From Rhodothermales bacterium (GTDB taxonomy: Bacteria; Bacteroidota; Rhodothermia; Rhodothermales; Bin80): a DNA stretch of 64,000 bases. The notes below the pieces were generated by a model. The model searched no databases and was not told where the DNA came from. It saw only the letters and a list, made by a program, of their open reading frames with translations. The stretch covers positions 28,804 through 92,803 of the forward strand of contig CBDBMQ010000007.1 in assembly GCA_965207565.1 (NCBI GenBank), given 5' to 3'. A program made the position numbers and the translations under genes. This document shows positions 62,910 through 64,000 of the stretch, one piece after another (position 1 is the stretch's first letter; each line of letters opens with the position of its first letter).

Positions 62910-64000
62910 GGGACTTATCCGAATTGAGGGCATGATCTTGCTTTTCGTTTTCGGAGCATGCAGTCAATCCGCCCCTGACCCGCAGGTATCAGAAGAGATT
63001 CAGCAGGCCCCTCAGATCGTATTTACAGACATGACCGCGTCTGCCGGTCTGGGAGATTTCCTGCACGAAACCGGAGCCTTTGGAGAAAAATGGTTTCCAG
63101 AGACAATGGGGGCAGGAGGAGGATTTCTGGATTATGATGGAGATGGAATCCTGGATATTTTGCTGATCTCCGGTAGTGTGTTTCCATCGCAGGGAGCGAT
63201 TGCACAACCCTCAATTCGTCTGTATCGCGGTAGCGAGAACGGGCAATTCGCAGAAGTGACCCAAGGGGCCGGTCTACAATCTCTTCAGAGCTATGCATTT
63301 GGTGTGAGTGTTGCAGATTACGATAATGACGGCGATCCCGATGTGTTTGTGACGGCGTTGTATGAAAACCTTCTGCTTCGTAATGAAGGAGGAGTCTTTC
63401 GCGAAGTCAGTCAGGAAGCAGGACTGGGGGGATATAGCGAGTGGAGCAGTGCCAGTGTGTTTCTGGATGCGGATCGGGATGGGTTTTTGGATTTATACAT
63501 CGGGAATTATGTTCACTGGACTCCTGAAGAGGATATTTACTGCACACGGGTAGGGGATAAGAAATCCTATTGCACCCCGGAGCAGTATGAGGGAATTACG
63601 GGACGGTTTTACCGGAATCGGGGGGACGGCACATTTGAAGAGAGGTCAGATGATTTTGCCGGTTTGCCTGGCAAAACGCTTGCGGCTGCGGGTATGGACT
63701 ACAACCGGGATGGATGGCCGGATTTGATTGTTGCGAATGATACCCAGCGGGACCTTCTTTTTGAAAACCAAGGGGATGGAATTTTTATTGAGAAGGGCGT
63801 GGTCAGTGGGATTGCGTTCGATGAAAATGGGCGTGCACGCGCCGGAATGGGGATCGATGTTGGTGTGGTGGACCATACCGGTGGAGAGACGGTATTCATA
63901 GGACATTTCTCAGGTGAAATGGTGGGTGTCTATCGACATATGGGCAACGGAATCTTTACCGAACGGGCAGCGGTTTCCCAGATCGGACGGCCCAGCCTGC
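62899..64000 (+). CDS. CRTAC1-family lipoprotein 3 (partial, runs off the window edge)
   Basis: Manual translation MNCKG..LLFVFGAC..FTDMTASAGL..WFPETMGAGGGFLDYDGDG; paralogous to the two upstream genes. Confidence 0.9.
   Translation, partial: MNCKGLIRIEGMILLFVFGACSQSAPDPQVSEEIQQAPQIVFTDMTASAGLGDFLHETGAFGEKWFPETMGAGGGFLDYDGDGILDILLISGSVFPSQGAIAQPSIRLYRGSENGQFAEVTQGAGLQSLQSYAFGVSVADYDNDGDPDVFVTALYENLLLRNEGGVFREVSQEAGLGGYSEWSSASVFLDADRDGFLDLYIGNYVHWTPEEDIYCTRVGDKKSYCTPEQYEGITGRFYRNRGDGTFEERSDDFAGLPGKTLAAAGMDYNRDGWPDLIVANDTQRDLLFENQGDGIFIEKGVVSGIAFDENGRARAGMGIDVGVVDHTGGETVFIGHFSGEMVGVYRHMGNGIFTERAAVSQIGRPSL

Overview
A 64-kb bacterial chromosome segment, most likely from a Rhodothermota/Bacteroidota-type organism. 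The T9SS C-terminal domains, PorV-like barrel, TonB receptors and lipoprotein signals point that way; the eukaryote-like LRR protein suggests a host-associated lineage, but that is inference. Core blocks: an FprA-type ferredoxin-NADP reductase, a DUF58/BatA/DUF4175 operon, flippase-hslU-hslV, dacB-mreC-mreB-purH-purN, MscS and two sodium:solute symporters. Accessory modules: (i) a C5-methyltransferase/Vsr/MORC-ATPase/Z1 defence operon with a C11 tract in the methylase; (ii) a 5.5-kb TonB-receptor/DUF4249/lipoprotein cassette bounded by a ~520-bp direct repeat that duplicates the promoter and 5' end of the reductase gene; (iii) a T9SS-secreted LRR protein; (iv) an ABC-ATPase/TOPRIM/DUF262 (Menshen-like) defence triad; (v) a SusD-less TonB receptor + T9SS-like cargo + PorV-like barrel module followed by three CRTAC1/FG-GAP lipoproteins, interrupted by a lipoprotein-M15-peptidase toxin/immunity-like pair that is broken by a 14-bp tandem duplication. 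About 23 single-base frameshifts occur, all in accessory genes. They look mostly like long-read or polishing errors (homopolymer and CCWG contexts), so split genes are reported as single genes. No tRNA, rRNA, CRISPR array, transposase or integrase was seen. All family names come from motif recognition by eye, not database searches.
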